Source of the DNA: Candidatus Eiseniibacteriota bacterium
GTDB taxonomy: Bacteria > Eisenbacteria > RBG-16-71-46 > CAVPCR01
NCBI GenBank assembly: GCA_963823555.1
Contig: CAWGMA010000003.1
Coordinates: 704,001 to 768,000, forward strand
Direction of reading: 5' to 3'
Length of the DNA stretch: 64,000 nt
Shown: piece after piece, positions 58,710 through 64,000 of the stretch
How positions within the stretch are numbered: the stretch's first letter is position 1
How the letters are laid out: every line of letters starts with the position of its first letter
Notes under the pieces: generated by a model
Seen by the model: only the letters and a program-made list of their open reading frames with translations
Told to the model about the DNA's origin: nothing
Database searches by the model: none
Program-made: the position numbers and the translations under genes

Positions 58710-61601
58710 ATGAATGCCAGCCGCAATGCCAGCCGCTCCACCCGACATCTGCCGGCCCCTGCGGGAGCCGGTCTGGTCCTTGCCTTGACGGCGATCGCGC
58801 TCTGCGCGACCGCCGTTTCCGGGTTGGCCCAGGTCGATTCCTCGCTCAAGCATCTCGCCAAGCACATGCAGCCGACCGACGGCGTCGTGCGCGGGAAGAT
58901 CGTGAGCTCCGAGACCGGCGAGACGCTGCCCGCGGCCACCATCATGGCGCTCGACCCCGATACGGGCGAGCTGGTGAAGGGGGCCCCGGCCTCGCTCGAC
59001 GGCGACTTCGAGATCATCCTGCCCGCGGGGAGCTACACCATCAAGGCCAGCTATATCTCCTACACGGCGGCCACCATCACTGGGGTGAAGATCACCGCGG
59101 GACGCCCGACGGCGCTCGAGATCGTGCTCCAGCCCGAGGGTATCGTCGGCGAGGAGATCCGGGTCGAGGCCAAGCTCCTCGAGGATACCGACGCCGCGGT
59201 GCTCGCCCGGCAGCAACGCGCCCCGGCCGTCGGTGATGCGATCAGCGCCGAGCAGATCTCGCGCTCGGGGGATACCGACGCCGCTGAGGCGACCAAGCGG
59301 GTGACCGGAGTCAGTGTCGTCGACAACAAGTATGTCTATGTGCGCGGTCTCGGCGAGCGCTATTCCAGCACCGAGATCAATGGCTCGCGCATCACCTCGA
59401 CCGAGTCGAAGCGCGTGGTTGCCCTCGACATTCTGCCGGCCAAGCTGATCGACAACATGAACGTCCAGAAGACGTACACCGCCGACCGGTGGGCCGAGTT
59501 CGCCGGTGGGGTGGTGGACGTGAACACCAAGGACTTCCCCGACCAGCTGAGCGTGGAATTCGGCCAGGGAGTGTCCGTTGCTCCCTCATCGAACTTCACC
59601 GACTTCGGCACCTATCCGGGTGGTTCCCGGGACTGGCTCGGTGCAGACGATGGGCGCCGCGCGCTGCCGCTGGCGATCCCCAAGGATCAGAAGGTCGTGC
59701 AGCGGGGCCGCTTCAGCAACGTCGGATTCACGACCGAAGAACTCGAGCAGATGGGAGAGTCGTTCGAGGACGTGTGGGATCCGCGGGTCCGGCAGTCCTC
59801 GCTCAACATGGGCTACAACCTCTCGCTCGGCAACCAGTCCTCGATCGCCGGCCGGCCGCTCGGTTACATCGCCTCGCTGACCTACGGCGGCAAGTATGAC
59901 TCGCAACAGGAAGTGCAAAACTCCTACTCCCAGGATGCCTCGGGGCTCGTTCCCTACTCCCGCTACAACGTCGATCGTTCAGCATCCGCGGTCGAATGGG
60001 GGGCGCTCTTCAACACCACGTACCGCCTGACGCCGAACCAGAAGGTGGCCTGGCGCAACACCTACATGCGAAGCGCCGAGGATGAGGTGCGGGAGTACTG
60101 GGGCCAGAGCCCCAATCTGCCGGCGGATGAGCCGATCAAGGACCAGCGCCTGCGCTGGGTCGAGCGCTCCACCTTCGTCACCCGCCTCGATGGCGAGCAC
60201 CTGGTGAGCCCCCTGGCCCGGTCCCTGCTCACCTGGCGCGTGGCCAGCTCGAGCTCGGATCGTGACGAGCCCGACAACCGGGAAGTGGTCTACCGCTACG
60301 ACCCTGTGATCGGGGATTTCCTCCTCTTCGATCTCGGGCAGAGCGGACAGCGCTTTTTCAGCACGATGAACGACGGGGAGCTGTCGGGTGAGGTCGGCTG
60401 GTCCATGCCGTTGCCGGCGATCGGCTGGCAGACGGCGAAGCTCTCGATGGGTGGCTTCTACACCGACCGCGATCGCGAGTTCTCTGCTCGCCGCTTCCGC
60501 TTCGTGCCCAAGTCGGGGGTGCGTCCCGACTCGATGGATCTCACGTTGCCGGCCGAGCAGATCTACACCCCGGAGAACATCCGGCCCACGGGCTTCCAGC
60601 TCCAGGAACTGACGCGCAGCACGGACGCCTACATCGCCAGCCAGATCATCAAGGGCGGGTACCTGCAGGCCGACCTGTCCTTCCTCACGCGCTTCCGCCT
60701 GATCGGGGGGGCGCGCTACGAGGATTCGCGGCAGCGCCTGCAAACCTTCGAGCTGGGGAACCCGGACCTGGTCCCGGTGGTGGCCGAGAACCTCGGCTAC
60801 GAATGGGCGCCGAGCGCGAGCCTGGTGATCAAGACATCCGACAAGACCAATGTCCGGTTCGGGGCGAGCCGCACCATCAACCGCCCCGATTTCCGTGAGC
60901 TGGCTCCCTTCGAGTACACGGAGTTCGTGGGTGCGCGCGCCGAGGTCGGCAATCCCGACCTCATGGACGCCGTGATCCGCAACTACGACGTGCGCTGGGA
61001 ACGCTACCCCGGTGTCGGCGAGCTGATGGCGGTCAGCTTCTTCTACAAGGACTTCGATCGTCCGATCGAAACCGTGGTATTGCCGGGGGTCTCCCGCATC
61101 ATCACGTACACGAACTCGGACGATGCACAGAACTATGGCGTGGAGCTCGAATACCGGCGCGGGCTCGGCAGTGTCTGGAAACAGCTCGGCGGTTTCCATC
61201 TCGGCGCCAACCTGACGCTCGTCAAGTCCGAGGTGGTGATCGGGGATTCGACGGGTGTCCAGACGTCGAGCGAGCGGCCGCTTCAGGGCCAGTCGCCCTA
61301 CGTGCTGAACGCGAACCTGGGTTACGCCTTCTGGGGTGGGCGTTCGAACGTTACCGTGCTCTACAACGTATTCGGTAAGCGCATCACCGAGGTCGGCGCC
61401 AACGGCCTCCCCGATATCTACGAGCGGCAGCGGAACCAGATCGACCTCACCGGGTCGCTGGCGCTGAGCGACAACGTGAGGATCAAGGCGGCCGCCGAGG
61501 ACCTGCTCAACCATCAGCATCGCTTCGAGCAGTCCGGCTACGTGACCCGCGCCTACCAGCCGGGACGGAGCTTCAAGTTCGGTCTCAATTACACGATGTG
61601 A
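58710..61601 (+). CDS. TonB-dependent receptor with N-terminal carboxypeptidase-regulatory-like domain
   Basis: Plug motifs VRGLGERY and AGGVVDVNTK; barrel motifs RPDFREL, GNPDL, NYDVRWE; C-terminal beta-strand FKFGLNYTM. Confidence 0.93.
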   Translation: MNASRNASRSTRHLPAPAGAGLVLALTAIALCATAVSGLAQVDSSLKHLAKHMQPTDGVVRGKIVSSETGETLPAATIMALDPDTGELVKGAPASLDGDFEIILPAGSYTIKASYISYTAATITGVKITAGRPTALEIVLQPEGIVGEEIRVEAKLLEDTDAAVLARQQRAPAVGDAISAEQISRSGDTDAAEATKRVTGVSVVDNKYVYVRGLGERYSSTEINGSRITSTESKRVVALDILPAKLIDNMNVQKTYTADRWAEFAGGVVDVNTKDFPDQLSVEFGQGVSVAPSSNFTDFGTYPGGSRDWLGADDGRRALPLAIPKDQKVVQRGRFSNVGFTTEELEQMGESFEDVWDPRVRQSSLNMGYNLSLGNQSSIAGRPLGYIASLTYGGKYDSQQEVQNSYSQDASGLVPYSRYNVDRSASAVEWGALFNTTYRLTPNQKVAWRNTYMRSAEDEVREYWGQSPNLPADEPIKDQRLRWVERSTFVTRLDGEHLVSPLARSLLTWRVASSSSDRDEPDNREVVYRYDPVIGDFLLFDLGQSGQRFFSTMNDGELSGEVGWSMPLPAIGWQTAKLSMGGFYTDRDREFSARRFRFVPKSGVRPDSMDLTLPAEQIYTPENIRPTGFQLQELTRSTDAYIASQIIKGGYLQADLSFLTRFRLIGGARYEDSRQRLQTFELGNPDLVPVVAENLGYEWAPSASLVIKTSDKTNVRFGASRTINRPDFRELAPFEYTEFVGARAEVGNPDLMDAVIRNYDVRWERYPGVGELMAVSFFYKDFDRPIETVVLPGVSRIITYTNSDDAQNYGVELEYRRGLGSVWKQLGGFHLGANLTLVKSEVVIGDSTGVQTSSERPLQGQSPYVLNANLGYAFWGGRSNVTVLYNVFGKRITEVGANGLPDIYERQRNQIDLTGSLALSDNVRIKAAAEDLLNHQHRFEQSGYVTRAYQPGRSFKFGLNYTM

Positions 61602-61612
61602 GCAGGAGGCAG

Positions 61613-62329
61613 ATGGCGATGATACGGGACAAGGTACTCCTACTCGGGCTCATCCTGGGCCTCGGGATGGGTTGTGGGAGCGGTGAGCGGCCCGCGCACG
61701 ACCGGGCGGGCGGCGAGGTCCCCGGCAGCGATCTCGGGAACCGGCAGCCGAGTGTCATGGCGACCGCGGCGACAGAGTCCGCCCCGACGACGGAGTCCGC
61801 CCCAGCGATGGGATCCACCCCGGCAATGGGGCTCGCTCCGGCCCCTGCGGAGTCCTCCCCGACGCCGGCAACGCATGCCGCAGAGCCCGGGCTTCCGAGC
61901 CGCAAGCTCCGCTCCTCCTGCGCCTCGCCCGAGGAGCTCGTGATCGAGATTCTCGCCGCGGTCGAGGCCGATGACATGCAAGGGCTCACCGACCTGCGCG
62001 TCACCGAGCGCGAGCACAACCAGCTCCTGTGGCCCGAGTTCCCGGCACGGAACAACAATGTCCAGATGGACTTCGCCTGGGACATGCTGAACACGCGCTC
62101 GTACACCAGTCAGGGACGCGCCATCGGAACCTGGCGCCAAAGGGGGCTCACGTTCGCCGGCGTTCGCTTTGAACGCGGAGTGGAGCGCTACCCGACCTTC
62201 GTTCTGCACCGCGGAACCGTGGTGAGTGCGCGCACCGCCGATGGCCAGGACGTCGAGTTGCGCTTCATCGGCTCGATCCTGGAGCTGGACGGCCAGTTCA
62301 AGGCTCTCTCCTACAAGGACTACGACTAG
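61613..62329 (+). CDS. Hypothetical lipoprotein
   Basis: AGGAGG RBS; GMGC lipobox; Pro/Ala/Thr linker followed by a globular domain. Confidence 0.75.
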   Translation: MAMIRDKVLLLGLILGLGMGCGSGERPAHDRAGGEVPGSDLGNRQPSVMATAATESAPTTESAPAMGSTPAMGLAPAPAESSPTPATHAAEPGLPSRKLRSSCASPEELVIEILAAVEADDMQGLTDLRVTEREHNQLLWPEFPARNNNVQMDFAWDMLNTRSYTSQGRAIGTWRQRGLTFAGVRFERGVERYPTFVLHRGTVVSARTADGQDVELRFIGSILELDGQFKALSYKDYD

Positions 62330-62400
62330 GGCGCGACCGGGGGCCGTGGCCGCCGGGGGAGTGGCGTGGGCGACGGCGCTCGGCTATCGTCCGCAGGCGG

Positions 62401-63657
62401 ATGCTAGTCGCGGTCGTCAGTCTTCTCATTCTCATCTACTGGCTCATCTGGAGCGTGGTCCTGGCGCGCGGCATGGGCGGTCTGCGTGTGCTCGAGGACC
62501 TCGAGGGTCACACCTCGGCGCGGCTGGGAGGTGTACCCGCGGGGAGCGTCCCACCTCTCTCCATCGTGGTCGCGGCTCGCAACGAGGAGAAGGCGATCGG
62601 GCCGGCCCTCTCCTCCCTCCTCGCCAGTGACTACCCTGATCTCGAGGTCCTCGTCGTCGACGACCGCTCGACGGACGGGACCGCCGGGGTTCTCGCTCGC
62701 CTCGCCGCGGTTCACTCGCGAATGAAGGTGCTTCCGATCGCGACCCTGCCCCCCGGCTGGCTCGGCAAGACACACGCGATGGCGACCGGGGTCGCCGCGG
62801 CGCGCGGGGAATGGATCCTCTTCACCGACGCCGATGTTCACTTCGGACCTCGAGCTCTCCGCCTGGCCATGGCCTATGCGGTTTCGGAGGACCTCGACCA
62901 CCTCGTCGTCGCTCCCGAGCTCGTGCTCACGCATACATGGGAACGCGTGCTCGTCGCCACCTTCCGGGTCTGCTTCAACCAGGCGATCCAGCCCTGGCGC
63001 GCCCGAGACCCCGAATCTCCCTCCGCCCTCGGGCTGGGCGCCTTCAACCTGGTGCGGCGGAGCGCCTACGAGCGCGCGGGCGGGCATGATGCCGTGCGCC
63101 TCGCCGTGGATGAGGACATGCGCCTCGGGCGCGTGCTCAAGCGCACCGGAGCGCGCCAGGAATTGATCTTGACCCGAGGTCTCGTCCGCGTGCGCTGGCA
63201 CGATGGGGTCAGGGCCACCATCCGCGGTCTGACCAAGAACTTCTTCGGAGCGCTCGACTACCGCCCCGGACGTGCCGCGCTTATCATCGCCATGCTGCTC
63301 ATCCTGCACTCGGGACCGTGGGCCCTCCTCCCCCTCGCGAGCGATGGATGGTCGCGGGCTCTGGCCCTTGTCGCGTGGCTCGCCACTGCGGTCGCCTACC
63401 GGGCGGCGGGGGAGGGCTGGAACGGGTTCGGGGCCCCGATCGGAGCCGCGCTCACGGTGGTGGCTATCGCCCGCTCGACCGTGGTGACGCTGGTGCGCGG
63501 CGGCGTCGAGTGGCGTGGAACGTTCTATTCGCTCGCCGAGCTCAGAGCCTTCATCCGGAGCGGCGAGAGCTGGCCGGGGGCCGCCGCACTGGCCGGACGC
63601 TGGACCGCGGCCAAGGCCGCGGCGAGGTGCACCGAGGCGACTTCGAACAGGGACTAG
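62401..63657 (+). CDS. GT2 glycosyltransferase (HpnB/CrtQ-like)
   Basis: AARNEE, VDDRSTD, PGWLGK, FTDAD, EDM.LG, VEWRG. Confidence 0.88.
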   Translation: MLVAVVSLLILIYWLIWSVVLARGMGGLRVLEDLEGHTSARLGGVPAGSVPPLSIVVAARNEEKAIGPALSSLLASDYPDLEVLVVDDRSTDGTAGVLARLAAVHSRMKVLPIATLPPGWLGKTHAMATGVAAARGEWILFTDADVHFGPRALRLAMAYAVSEDLDHLVVAPELVLTHTWERVLVATFRVCFNQAIQPWRARDPESPSALGLGAFNLVRRSAYERAGGHDAVRLAVDEDMRLGRVLKRTGARQELILTRGLVRVRWHDGVRATIRGLTKNFFGALDYRPGRAALIIAMLLILHSGPWALLPLASDGWSRALALVAWLATAVAYRAAGEGWNGFGAPIGAALTVVAIARSTVVTLVRGGVEWRGTFYSLAELRAFIRSGESWPGAAALAGRWTAAKAAARCTEATSNRD

Positions 63658-63675
63658 CGGCTGCGAGGGATCGCC

Positions 63676-64000
63676 ATGAACCATCGTTCAAACATGCATC
63701 TCGGCTTCGAGCTCCGGGGAGAGGGCACCGCGGGCCCGATCGGGATCGAGCCCGCGGACCTGACGACGCACGCCGTCTGTCTCGGCGCCACCGGCAGCGG
63801 GAAGACAGGGCTCCTCATTGCCCTGCTCGAGGAGGCCAGCCTGGCCCGTGTTCCCATCCTGGCACTCGATCCAAAGGGCGATCTCACCAACCTCGCGCTC
63901 GTCTTCCCGGAGCTTCGCGCCGCCGATTTCGCCCCCTGGATCGAGGCCGACGCGGCGCGCCGCGCCGGCCTCGGCATGGACCAGCTGGCCGAGGAAACGG
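63676..64000 (+). CDS. HerA/DUF87-like P-loop ATPase (3'-truncated by window edge)
   Basis: Translated by hand (not in the ORF track): DLTTHAVCLGATGSGKTG...LDPKGDLTNL. Confidence 0.8.
   Translation, partial: MNHRSNMHLGFELRGEGTAGPIGIEPADLTTHAVCLGATGSGKTGLLIALLEEASLARVPILALDPKGDLTNLALVFPELRAADFAPWIEADAARRAGLGMDQLAEET

Noticed and set aside
63676..64000. HerA-like ATPase as a defence or conjugation system
   Set aside because: Truncated, with no partner genes visible; cannot be supported from this window.

Overview
GC-rich bacterial chromosomal segment with about 45 protein-coding genes. I found no rRNA, tRNA, CRISPR array, integrase or transposase. Housekeeping and metabolic genes include citrate synthase, class I fumarase, an MsrB-MsrA fusion, M14/M20/M24 peptidases, an aldo-keto reductase, a bacilliredoxin, a PLP decarboxylase, TonB and a TonB-dependent receptor. 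These are mixed with many secreted proteins carrying one of two mutually exclusive C-terminal tags: an ~80-aa FlgD-Ig/T9SS-CTD-like domain (6 loci, one broken) or a ~16-aa '(T/I/G)PV(E/D)...TWGx(I/V)Kx(L/I)(Y/F)' tail (3 loci) that looks like an uncharacterised sorting signal. This pattern suggests an FCB-related candidate lineage such as Eisenbacteria or Krumholzibacteriota (inference). Other notable modules are: a DsrC + DsrM-like + DsrK-like operon without dsrAB, converging on a cysteine desulfurase; a GH-A/GT2 fusion with an ABC exporter and an epimerase; a ~1650-aa adhesin-like protein with near-identical 624-bp tandem repeats; a kinase-ATPase-TPR protein; a sigma54-type promoter ahead of an orphan Cys-rich protein; and a 20-bp motif shared by two secreted-protein promoters 27 kb apart. 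All calls come from reading motifs by eye; no database searches were run, and several start codons are best guesses.
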